Position numbers and translations under genes: made by a program. From NCBI RefSeq assembly GCF_037042905.1, contig NC_087255.1, positions 26,288,001 to 26,352,000 of the forward strand: 64,000 nucleotides of DNA. The letters run 5' to 3'. The notes beneath the pieces were generated by a model. The model searched no databases. It was not told where the DNA came from and saw only the letters and a program-made list of their open reading frames with translations. This document shows positions 13,443 through 26,600 of this stretch, piece after piece (within the stretch, counting starts at the first letter, position 1; each line of letters starts with the position of its first letter). The stretch is from Lytechinus pictus. Taxonomy: Eukaryota.

Positions 13443-16104
13443 CCCAGGCATGGATGAAGGGAATGGAAGTTGGGAGATAAAGCCATTCCAGAGACAGATC
13501 CTCAGGATGTGAAAAGCGATGTATTCATCACAGGTTTGAAGAGAATGCATATTCAGGGTATGCACAAGCTTGTCAGAGGGACTTCCATCAAGACTTGCAC
13601 AGCTTATTTTTCTGCAGGAAAATATGTGAATGGGACTAAACCAAGATTTTGAGGTTTTCTCCTGTATTTCATAAATTTTTAAGAAAGTGATGACTTTGAA
13701 GAGGCGTATCTTCAATGCCTATTTTCAGGGAAAGACTCAAGCTTGCGGTAGTCAGGCGTTTGAACACGTCTTTCAGTGTTGGTGAAAGACATCGTTCGCG
13801 GGGATAGAGTGTTACAGGATAAGATGTGAGGTTTGACGGCAACAGTAACTCATCTCGAATCTCCATTGTGTCTTTGACAAAATTCTTATATCGGAGGAGA
13901 AAACTTGAATTGCTACTGTGAAAGAAACGGCTCTTCAATTGTCAGATAGCTGTGTAGATCTGTTTAATCACAATGGAGGAGATATGGAAACCACAACTCA
14001 GTGTAGGTTCATATCGAGTATTACAAAGATGGCTGTATCATGATAATGCAAAGGACCAAATTTATGCAGACAATTAGGAGCAAACTTCCGTTTTCCATTG
14101 TGTGAAAATCATATTTGATATTGTGCTGTTGAGGACTGGTGGGTTATTTATTTGAAATTACATATACTTAAAATACTATAGTGGCATTATTTTATTCATT
14201 GAATGTATTTCCACTTCCTGTAGAGAGTCATCTTATTTTTGGATGTATATGACAATGCTTTTCCTAGAATTAATTCATTATCAGTCTTACAATTGCATAA
14301 GAAACAGATGTTTTGAAGAATAGAGAAAAGTCAGATACATTAACCTGTTGGAGACTAAGTCCCGATATATGCAGTCTGGAGTCTGTGGAATGTGTTATTG
14401 TGAAATCATTCAGTCTCCAAAAGGTTAAAGCATTAGGAATTAAATCATAAAATCTCTTGAACTATTACATTTTAGGGCTGAAATCACATCGCTCTTTAGA
14501 AAAATATGAATAGGATCAAACAAATACTCTTTTTCAGGGTTTGCTCCAATTTCTCATCAATTTCAGAGAATGTGATATCCTTAAGAGGCAAATTTTCAAA
14601 AGAAATTTGCTTTGCACAGATTCAATGTGAAAATTCAAACAATTATGTTTAACCCCCTTCTATAACTTCACTGTGATGTGGTAGGTTTATTGTTTAGAAG
14701 TGAGGCGTTGAACTTGCAAGGAGCACCTGGGTTCCGCAACACAAAGCTTAGCAATTGATTACAAAACAACTTTTAAACAGTTGATTGCATTGACCACAAC
14801 CAGTGGTACAGTAATTCATTTAGTTTTGCACTACAGGGCTGAGGTAAAGATTGTGTGATTGCAGCTTGCCAGTATTTTAATTATAAGTTTCCTAGCACTG
14901 TAGCACAAAAATCTCATCGAGTTCTTTACAAAAATGACCATATTCGATGTGAGTAGTTGAAAGGACAATAAGTGGGATGTTCTGGGTGTAGTATTCTGTT
15001 TACCTTTATTACCTATGATTTAGGAATCTTCATTTTGACCATCCTGAACTCTTGTTTGGATATGATATTATGATTTTCCTATTTTTATCAATAATTTACT
15101 ACACCCAGATTCCTACAGGCAGTGCAGTGTCTTTCATATGTTTAAGCAGATTAATACATATTTTCAGTGAGAAACCGGCAGTCTGGTGTAGGCAAATTTG
15201 TCCCGGGGGGGGGGGGGGATGTGAAGCAGCATATTTTTGTATGCCTTTATACTCTCAAACTTGCCCTACCCTACCCTCCCTCTGCAAGTAGGTTGATCAA
15301 TCTTCCCTCTTTCCTTGGATATCTAATCATACCATAGATGATGTGTCTTATCAGCTTTTCTCATGAAACATCACCAAAAATTTGACCAAATTATTATTGT
15401 TTATAATACTATTTCTCGTCGGGAATCCACCAATTTGCATCGTTATTCAGGGTGACAATAAAACAATAGAGAGACTTTTTTGTGTAGAACATCTCTCTAT
15501 CCTATACAGGGTATTCTAATTCATCAAGGGTATTTGCAAAGGGTCTGTCTATCTGCCTTTGTTTATTGTCTTCATTGTAGTTAATGTTGTCTTCATATAT
15601 TGCCTGAAGCACCCATTGTGGTTTATTAGGAATAACGTGCAAATGATGCCCTTATTCTTGTAATATACATGTATGAGGAATGTCCACCCAGATGACCAAA
15701 TTCATATTGTCTTCATGTTCATTCAAGTGCATTAGATGTGGTTTTCTAAATGGAGTTTGAACGTAAGATGTAGTTTAAAATCTGTCAGTTTTCATTATGG
15801 GTGGTAATAGTCGGTTTGCATTCTTTGTTTATTTTCCTTATTATTATGTAATCGCTGTTCCTCATGTAACTTGTAAAGGTTTCCATGGCGAAGAAGAAGA
15901 GTGTTGTGATTTCATGGTTCACCATGTATTCTTTTGTGGACATTGTTGGTCCTGAAAAGGACCACCCAGCCTGAATGTTAGGTGGTTTGGGTGGTCCATA
16001 TCAGGACCAACATCTGCCCACGAAAGCATACAACTACACTCTGCTGTTCCTCATGCTTTGCAAAAAAAACTCAGTCGGTTGTCATGGGCAATTTCATACC
16101 ACTC

Positions 16105-16265
16105 GGGGGAGGGTTTCATCAACACATTTTGTCTGACGTCTGACAAGTTGTCACATCTGACAACTTTCCTTGGTTTTGATTGGCTGAGAGGCACTGTAAC
16201 TGATCAATAAAACAAAACTTGTTGGGTAAAATGTCCGACAAGTCTTTTCATGAAACCCTTCCCTT
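16105..16265. mobile_element. MITE, degenerate copy of the 45793-45955 family
   Basis: Shares GTTTCATCAAC...GACAAGTTGTCA.ATCTGACA...GATTGGCTGAGAGG...CCGACAAGTC.TTTCATGAAAC with 45793-45955 and partly with 60280-60365. Confidence 0.6.
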
Positions 16266-19200
16266 CCCAGATGTTTACAATGTAACAGGTGTTGTCAGTC
16301 TTTTAGAATGGACTCAAGTTTTACTATCACCAGACCATCTGGTATGCTCTTTAAATCAAGGACACTATTCTGAGATCCATTTTATCTTCAAGATATTGTA
16401 TTTTTTGTTTGAAATGAAATTGGTATTCTGAGATCACTTATCTCTCGGAAAAAAATACATTGAAAATTGGATCTAAAATGAAACCGTGCTTCATTGCAAT
16501 TTCTGCCAATCAAACGTGTTTGCAGTGTTAACATGTATTTGCCTTGCTCTATCTGCATACTTAAGTGCTTGATCAAAGAACACCAACAGAAAAAAATATT
16601 ACAATTTAGAAAACTTGGGACTATCTACATAAATTATTGTCTGCACTTTGCGACCTCCCATGAAAACTGTCAATTATTTTTCTGGCTTTAATATAAAATA
16701 AAACGTTGTTTCACTTAGCATTTCCATTATGGTTAAGCTTTCTGTTGTATTTGGCTGCCGTAGGTAAATCTTAGTTTTAGGATGAAAATTGCAGACAGAA
16801 AAAACAATTTTACTGGCTTTGCATGAATCTACAAGCTGTCACAAAACAGAACATGGGTTACACTCTTTCAACATGTCCAACATAATATATTTTTACTGGT
16901 GAAGGTGATAGGATAAACTATCACCCAGTTACTCTGGATCTAGCTATCATTCTAAAGGGGAACCTGAAAGACACTGATCAGAGCATTTTCATGATTTGGA
17001 GGAAGTGATAGTGTTTTGATGGCTTAAACATTTTAATCACAAATAAATGATTTTCAAATTGTTATCATTTGCAAATGCCAGATTACACCTGGGCCTCTGG
17101 AGCTTAGAGATTAGATACAATGAATATTTAGGATTGATTGTATTTGTGATACAAATTGTATTATTGATTGTATGTTTTATGTAATAGGCCCCTGTACTTG
17201 TTTGTCAGTATACAAATATGGACTGCGTATGAGGATGACTGTAAACCATCATTCCCGAGGTGTGTTCATACCAGCCCTTCTATCACCAGAGGCCTGGGCC
17301 GAGGGGTGTTAGACTGGCCGATACGAAAAGCATCGAGGGAGTGATGATTTCCATTGTCGTCCGAATACAGAGCAGTCCATATTTGCTTTATATACCTCAT
17401 CGTTAATCACATAACTCTAGACCCAAAGGTGTCAACTTTAAAACCACTAGTGTAACCCTAATCTAATTTGATTTGCTAAATAACTTTGTAATTTAAATGA
17501 GCTGCTAGCTTTGCTGCTTTCCTGGGCAATTGATCCACCATATCCAGTGTGCCGTTGGCTGCGCTTACATGACCGAGGAGCAGCAGCACAGTAAAGCCCA
17601 GTCATTTAGCTCTAGTCAGCTAGATGTGCGTGTAGCAACACAACTTGTGGTCCTGCCCTCAGGGATTACAAGTAGTATCAGAGGGTTTGATAGAAGAAAT
17701 AGGCAGAAAGTCAAACCCTGAGATGATTGATGGGCGGAGTAGCACCATGTCACATGATGCAACTTTGACCAATCAGTGATAACAATCTTAGTATGAGGTA
17801 TACAATTGTCCTTATATCAGCATTTGTCTACCCATGTACTTACGTATATTTGGTACAACACTAATTTTTTAGACGCTGGGTTTGAGTCTCCACATTGTAT
17901 TTGTTTCTACTGCACCCATTTCACACTTGCAAAAGTGTTCAATAATTTGAATAACATGTAATTTATGCATGAACAGTATTTATATTAACTGTATTTAAAA
18001 TATTGTAAGGTATTATTTGTTCAATGTGAGCCAAGTCATATTTAGTACCTTAAAAGATTGCAATGTATATTTTTCAATAGTTGGCAGTATAGCAAATAAT
18101 CTATAATTTATACATGTACATTTATGTATAGAAAGGGAATGGATAGAATTATGTGCTTGTAATTGAAATCCACAGTAAAATTAGAAATAATAATGTATTA
18201 GCGTTGTGTATTGTATTTTCTGTGTAAGCTTCAGTATATACTCATCTGTCATATGGCAGTCCTCACAAAGGTGCTAAGTGTTTGTTAAATATATATCTCT
18301 CATTGTTCCCCTCACAAAGTGGACATTTATATAATGTGTATAAAGTAATGAAGCATTGGTTATATATTTGTAAATACATTAGTGTAAAAAGTGTACAAAA
18401 AGGCATACTATGGACCATGATAAAAGAATAAAAGATTTTTACCTAACTTGCCATACAAATTGTGTGACTGTTGTGAATTTGTTATGTTGTTTTTATATAA
18501 TAAAGTAATTTGATGGATGCGGGAAATTTGTCCACCTTGGATCTCCCACTGCAAGAACAAGAAATTCATTCCTATTCTGCCTTTCCCTTTCGCATGACGC
18601 AAAGAAGCTTTGATCTTCAATTTGGAGATAAAAGTGAGCATCGGATTAGACTTCTCTCTTTCAAAGTTTATGATCAATGACAGGTTGATGATTGATAGGA
18701 TATTTTCTACGTATGGGAGGATCAAAGATTTCAGCTAAGAAGAAAAATTCGAAGTGGTCGGTAGGAAACCCATTACAAAATTATAGGCATGATAAAGTAA
18801 TAGAATAAAATATATTGTGTGTGAATTTAAAGGGACGGGGGGGGGGGTGCTATCTAGTTATCAACAATGGCTAATCAAGCCCTTGCAATAAAAATAAAAC
18901 ATGAATGTTCTATTGTTTTGGCCTTATTTGTGTCATGGCCCAACTAAAAACATTCATCAAAGGAAGTGATTAATATATTTCCTCATCAGAATTCAGGATT
19001 TGAAGAATTGCAATTAATTTGTTTCCCCATAACTTATTAAATGCACCTGCATAATATAAGACAGGAATTGGTGAATTGACTTATGTACTCTTGATGAAAA
19101 TAAACACTATTTCAAAAACTATAATGGAAATATCCACTCTCCCTTGCACTGCCCAGCTGTGAGCTTTGAGTGAACTAGTACTGAATTGCTCCTCTAATAT

Positions 19201-20685
19201 TAAATAGATTATTTGTTGTTTAACTTGCCAGTTTCATTACTGTTTGATTTGAAATATAAAGGTATACATATAAGCCTACCCCCCCCCAAAAAAAAAATGA
19301 ATATCAACGGAATTCAAAACTCTCTAGATAAGTGGTCAAATACATATACTTTAAACAAATCTCAATCACAAATATACTTTTTCACTATTTTTTATTATTT
19401 TAAGAATACTGAAAAAGGTTCTTCTTGACATTATTAAAAGCACCGACTGAATGCTTGTCAATTGATTTCCAGACATAGCAACATGCAAATGGATAAAAAT
19501 TGAATTCCAAGTATTGTAGTTTATTTATTACTAACACTAACAATTCATAGGAAAACCTTGTTACTAGATTCACAGGAAAGTTAGCACAAATTTGAACACT
19601 CAGTAAACATGCTTTTGGTTTGGTTTGGTTCTATTTACCGTATCAAAATCACAGCAAAATACATTGTACAACATATTAAGGGGGTATTCAGACACTAGAA
19701 GTAAACAGAGTGTTTTTGTCAACTTTGATGGTAATGGATACTGCTTACGTCATAATGAGTTAACTTATTGCATTTCCACGCTTTGTCTATTGTGATTTTC
19801 AGTTGTCCAATATTCAGTGTATTTGGAGGGTAATGGTCTGCGGATAGGGGGTGTACTGTAATCCCATACATTGACATTATTTTGTGATCAGGCCTGTTGA
19901 ACCGTGGGCAGGCCGATGATAATCACTTTTAAGTATTGACTATGGTAGTTCTAATCAGTTCCCTGGTATAATCTTTGACACCCGGAAGCATGACACGCTT
20001 GGAAACTAGTTTGGAAACTAGAGCAACATTCGATCGGAGTCGCCAGAATTATTTTGCACCCATTATGACAGGATTTCCCCTTGGAAATACATGTACATGT
20101 ACGTCTGTGTGTAGCGTGTGGCATACAGAAGGTTGTTACGTAATCAAGAACTTTCTTATTACTCCCACCATATCGCGAGTAAATGTTGAACTCGGAGTGT
20201 CGGCCCTGTCTGCGAAGAATTCAAGGAAATAATATGGTTTGTTAAAGCTCGCTGCATCGATGTCATACATGCCTTCGATGAGGTACAAGAGTTCACTATT
20301 TGTGATGTCGTTCTGGAGCATATAGATGGAACTTAACTCTCTCAACTTGGAGTTTAATCAACGTCGTGGATTGTGAAAGATTGTTCTTGAATATTGCTGC
20401 ACCAAGATTGTTGTGTTGGTAATAGATTGGCCAGCTTTAAACGGTGACGACGTGGGTGCATGCATAAAGAAATACTAATAGGCCTACACGCTCATCGAAA
20501 GACTTTTTGTTATTGTTTCGAGATTGCTGCATCCCCCCCCCCCACCAAAAAAAATAATGATAATAATAATAAATAAATAGGCTCACCCGAGGTAAAGGTT
20601 TTGTTACAAATCTTTGCTTGCTGGACAATCGGATATCATTCTTCATTTAGTCGACTGTATACCGTCGTGACTAAACTCAACCAAG

Positions 20686-23600
20686 ATGTTTTACGGAATA
20701 ACCATCTTTGTTCTGAATTTCATACAAATCGGTAAGCCCTACATGATATACATTCACATTCATTAATGTGATTTAAAACGATGAATGCATTCGTAATTCA
20801 AATTGTAATAGTGATATATATCATGTGCAATCCATTTCTATTTGATATTAAGTGAATGAATAAAGCAGAACTTACACTCTGAATAAACTTCTCCTCAAAT
20901 TTGAATACAAACTTGGACTTTAAAGTTACTTGAGAAAAAAATAAGTGTCTTTTACTGTAAACGAATATAGTATTTTTCAAAAACAAAAATTTAACTTAGT
21001 GGCCCTTTATTTTCAATATAGATTGTGGCCCTATGATCGAGTATCCACTGTTTGAGATAGATTGCATTTAGAAAGAAGGTTCAGTGATCTATCATGTCTT
21101 CTGTAAATGTGGATACTTTTTTAATGACATGATCGACGCGTAAAACATATGTAGAGACTGTTATTAAGCTTTAACATGCTAGACAAATGGAGATTATCGG
21201 ATCGAAAGACGATCATTATTTATCTATTTTTTATATTTTGTAAGACATCATATTCCGTTCCTCTCCATCTCTCTGTTTCTCCCCCCCCCCCACCCCTCTC
21301 CCTCTCTCTCTCTCCCACACGCAGTATCTAGCCAGCCATCGGCCGACCAATGGCATATTTTTGAAGATGCCCTATATCTTGTGGATAACGACACACGATT
21401 AAATTATGACCAGGCACAGTCGTACTGCCAAGAACTCGGAGGCAATCTCGCCCGGATAGATTCCGATGAGATACAGGTAATCTCTATGAAATTTGAAACT
21501 GGAAATGATTTGAAGGGACGTCATTTTTTTTCTCAATAAAAAAGGAGTATATCGTAGCAGTCGTACAAACAGAGATATATACATTACTCCTATTTCATGC
21601 AATTTCTTCTCCCGATGTCATTTTTTTCTGGATGGGGGGGGGGGTGCTTAAATAACCATAGTGGTTGATTAAATTAAGATGGTGCACTTTCCTCTTTTCT
21701 CATATTATAGGTAAACTTGATAATATCGTTTTCCATACAAGTGTTAAAAATACATATTAATTATAATCTAACCACTCGTGGACCCATCCTATAATGAACA
21801 TGTAATTCCTGACCAATCCGTCTGCTTTAAGATTAAAGCATCGTCTATGTTTTTAGTTAAAGTTTCAATCGCGTAATAATATAATAGTATAAAAGTCTTT
21901 CAAAGCGTGTTTTAAGTATTTGATATGTTTTTCATTTCTTCCCCATACAGTCTTTCTTGACAGATATCGTTAGTCCAGGTTTCGTACCAACACGATGTTT
22001 CTTTATTGGTGCTAACGACATAGAAGACGAAGATGAATTTAAGTGGCAAGACGGGACCCAAGTCCGGTAAGACATCATGACGTCAAAGCAAGTTCAGAGT
22101 CGAGTCCATCTTTGTGAATCACAAATCGAATCCGTCTCGGACTCAACCTGTGGGTTGAATCATGGATCCTATACTAATGGGATCCATGGTTAAATCAACG
22201 GATTAATCCATGCATTTTGCAAAATGAATTCCGGCCATTGTGGTCTAATGTTTTAGAATCACCTCTGACTCAACCGTGGGTTAAATCATGGGTCGTACTA
22301 ATTATTGGGATCCATGGTTAAATCAACGGATTAATCCATGCATTTTGCAAAATGAATTCCGGCCATTGTGGTCTAATGTTTTAGAATCACCTCTGACTCA
22401 ACCGTGGGTTAAATCATGGGTCGTACTAATTATTGGGATCCATGGTTAAATCAACGGATTAATCCATGCATTTTGCAAAATGAATTCCGGCCATTGTGGT
22501 CTAATGTTTTAGAATCACCTCTGACTCAACCGTGGGTTAAATCATGTGTCGTACTAATTATTGGGATCCATGGTTAAATCAACGGATTAATCCATGCATT
22601 TTGCAAAATGAATTCCGGCCATTGTGGTCTAATGTTTTAGAATCACCTCTGACTCAACCGTGGGTTAAATCATGGGTCGTACTAATTATTGGGATCCATG
22701 GTTAAATCAACGGATTAATCCATGCATTTTGCAAAATGAATTCCAGCCATTGTGGTCTAAATGTTTTAGAATCACCTCTGACTCAACCGTGGGTTAAATC
22801 ATGGGTCGTACTAATTATTGGGATCCATGGTTAAATCAACGGATTAATCCATGCATTTTGCAAAATGAATTCCAGCCATTGTGGTCTAAATGTTTTAGAA
22901 TCACCTCTGACTCAACCGTGGGTTAAATCATGGGTCGTACTAATTATTGGGATCCATGGTTAAATCAACGGATTAATCCATGCATTTTGCAAAATGAATT
23001 CCAGCCATTGTGGTCTAAATGTTTTAGAATCACCTCTGACTCAACCGTGGGTTAAATCATGGGTCGTACTAATTATTGGGATCCATGGTTAAATCAACGG
23101 ATTAATCCATGCATTTTGCAAAATGAATTCCAGCCATTGTGGTCTAATGTTTTAGAATCACCTCTGACTCAACCGTGGGTTAAATCATGGGTCGTACTAA
23201 TTATTGGGATCCATGGTTAAATCAACGGATTAATCCATGCATTTTGCAAAATGAATTCCAGCCATTGTGGTCTAAATGTTTTAGAATCACCTCTGAGATA
23301 CTTGAAAAATAATTACATAGTATTATGATAATATTTTAGATTCAGAAGATTTGGCAGGGGCGGTCAGTGGGTGATTTCAAGTCGGTGTTGGTGTTGGAAG
23401 CACAATGTGGATAATCCATATAACACAAAATTTACTTTTCAGGACCATCTTCACTTTGTGTTTGGTGTTATTTTCGTGTAAATATTGACCTAACACCAAC
23501 ATCAACACTGGTTTCAAAATCAACCATCGGTTGATGATTTTCCAAAGACAGAAAAAAGGGGGACGAAGGAAAAACGAAATTTGAGGAGCCAGATTCGATA

Positions 23601-26600
23601 TGTTTGATTGTTTGTTGGTTAAATTTTAAGCACCTTTCATTGGGAACGCAAACAATTTTGTCTGTAGGTAATAGTCAAAATACCATATCGCCACCTTTAT
23701 CAAATTTGTTTATTTCTGGAAAATTCCAAAGGAATTGTACAACAAAATAGAATCGATGACCTGTAACAATATGATTATACAACGGTTGGATAGCCCCATT
23801 TCAGAGCAATTGACTCAAATGGTCATGTTTTCTATTACTTTAGCTCGGTGGTTGGTTCCGAGGTCACTGGCGGAAATTCAAAACAATTCCTGAGATCCCA
23901 AAATTCATCGAAAAATATATGTATTGTTCAATATGTATGACATTACATGGACTGAGTCTGATAGTGAATAAAACTGCAAGGATCCCCACTATCGTAGCTT
24001 GATGGAGATAATGACAATGTTATTCATGGAAATATATGAATTCTCCAAACAACCCACAAGTAAGATAAAACCACATTCCATGTAATAGGCTAATGCCCTC
24101 GCAAATCATCCAGTATTTCGACTTAAAATGGTCGTGTGTGCTGACGGTCAGAAATATTTTTTCCTTTAATTATTTAAAACTTTAATTATTATTATTATTA
24201 TTCTATTTGACTGACATTTGACTGACTCCGAGCAGAACAATATCAACTTTGTAAAATATATATTCATTTAACTCTTTATTGTTTATCAGAATTTTCGATT
24301 ATTGTGTGGAAAGGTAATTGAAAAAGCCATTAATTATACTCTCCCTAAATACCTTATCATAACATATTTACTATCTTCTCTCGATTATATGTTCATTTTA
24401 TGATTAGATATGATGGATGGTCACCTGGGCAGCCTGACGACACAGAAGGGAACCGAGATTGCGCCTGTCTATGGTCCTCCAAAAATCCCAGTAGACATGG
24501 GCAATGGGATGACACCAACTGCTTTAATCGTATGAACTTCATATGTCAGAAGAGACTGTGTGAGTCAAGTCTTTTCTAACCTATGGGTTAGGGTTGGGCG
24601 CGTACGTGTGGGTGTGTGTGAGTGAGGATGTGCGTATGTGTGCGTTCTTATGTGTAGAAGGTGCGTGTGGGTGTTGCTGGGTGTGTGTAGTGGTGAAGGC
24701 ATGTGAATTTGTGGGCGTGTGGGTGATGGTCGGTATGTAGTGGTGAATGGGTGTGTGATGTGTATAGGTAGGTGGGTGAGGGTGGATGTGTGTGGGGGAC
24801 TGTTGATATACGATTGGGGTTTCATATATTGTCGAAGCTTAGTATTGGTTATGATTTGAATTGTTTTTATTTGATGTGTTCCACCTTTTTCATCTTGCAA
24901 TAGGCTAGTCAATTTTACATCAAAGGTTTATTACTAAGGATTATCCTTTGCTACAGATAATTTTACACTGACGAGTTCTCGGAGCAATCCAGGATCGGGC
25001 TATGTTACCTGCGCTGTCGACATCGTAGACGACAACGAAATCCTGCCACCCGATGATATCAGATTGTCAGTTGGAAAAACTTTGGCATCGACGAGATCGA
25101 TTCCTTACTCATCGACGCGCGTCATTGGTCAATTTCGTGACAGTACGTTTGAAATAGACAATCTCGAAGAAGACGACATGATATTCTGTCATGTTGGGGA
25201 CTTGTCAAGGAACACGACATCATTCTCAAGAATTCAATTTCTTCCGATTAATTTTTATGGTAATGACTCACTGATGTCTGATTGTAGATCGAAATGTTTA
25301 ATGAAATTGACGATGAATAGGAAATTTGTCATAACTATTTTCTTATACTCCATCCATTCAACAAATGAATAAAAAAAGAGAAGCATTTGTGACATAGAAA
25401 GGCAACATGTGTTGTAATTTCCCATACGTCATACATTTGATGATTTCGTAGATTTCATAGATTCGGAGAAAACAAGGAAATTGAAACGAAAACATTTCCC
25501 ACATCCATCCAGATAGTTTGCCTGAGAATACATACTCACTTAAACTTGATAGCTAATGCAAAAGAAGTTACATTACATGTGGCCCGATTCTTATTTGCTC
25601 CTATTGATCGTTTAAGGTCTACCGCGCCATAACGATTTAATGACTGTTCCACCCTGACAGCTCTACCCGGACTGACGTTCTCTCCAGCTGTGGACGACAT
25701 CGGTTCAACCTCCCTCACTGTCACCTGGAGCTCCTGGATACCATGTCTTGATACCGGTGAAGGGCCAGTGGTCAGTTACCTGGTCTACGTACAAACAACG
25801 GGTAAAGAATTGATAAATGCTGGTGAGGTCGACTCGGATGAGGGAGAGGGCGCACTTCATGGAACAATGGAGCTCGCTTTGACTGAATTGGAACCAGGAA
25901 CTGAATACAATATCAGTGTTTCTGCTGTCAGAGAAGGTGTTGGTGGAGAGGGACCGAGGAGTCCATTTGTGTCTGTTACGACGAGCATTGGTAGGTGAAT
26001 ATTACACTTTATTGTCTCTTTTATCCTTTTCTTACTTCGGTATTTAAAACGTCGACTAAGTCGTTGCCCGTCTGCATTGTTCAATAGAAAGATTTGACTA
26101 TTTATTCAAACAAGAGATAGTTTGATATGTTTTGGTGATTTCAAGTTGGCTTTTATTGATATCAATTATTTCTTAAATATGTTTGAACGTATCTTAGCTG
26201 AAGATCATTCTGAAGTAGGAGCTAGTAGAGTGGAGGTGACAGCAACATGAAAACAAGTAAAAAAATAATACTTTTTAAAATATCCCAAAAGCAACCTTAA
26301 AAGCAATAGAAACTAAATGTTTCCTAAAGTAACATAAACACTTGAAGAAGATCTACATGCCTTGTTGAATGATCATTTACACGATGAGACCAGGCTTTAT
26401 TGTAACAAGGAGCTAGTTAGGTACACCTAAAATAGCGTTACAAAATTAATTGAATACATTAATTTTTTGTGATTTCTATCTGATCTTTTGAAATTTCAGT
26501 AAGCGCACGTCGTTCTGCGATATTAGAAAACGGGATTCTGCCGTGGATATTCTTTGGAGTGTCATTAGCGGGAAATGTATTACTATTGGTCGTCATCATT

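Noticed and set aside
19975-20345. Short ORFs upstream of receptor A as a separate gene or alternative first exon
   Set aside because: No domain features or compatible splice donor; the 20686 exon gives a better signal peptide and the correct phase.
22140-23296. Palindrome-rich repeat array as a CRISPR-like locus
   Set aside because: Units are contiguous and near-identical with no unique spacers, there are no cas genes, and the context is a eukaryotic intron.
24565-24912. His/Thr/Pro-rich 115-aa ORF
   Set aside because: Antisense translation of a degenerate (GT)n intronic tract.
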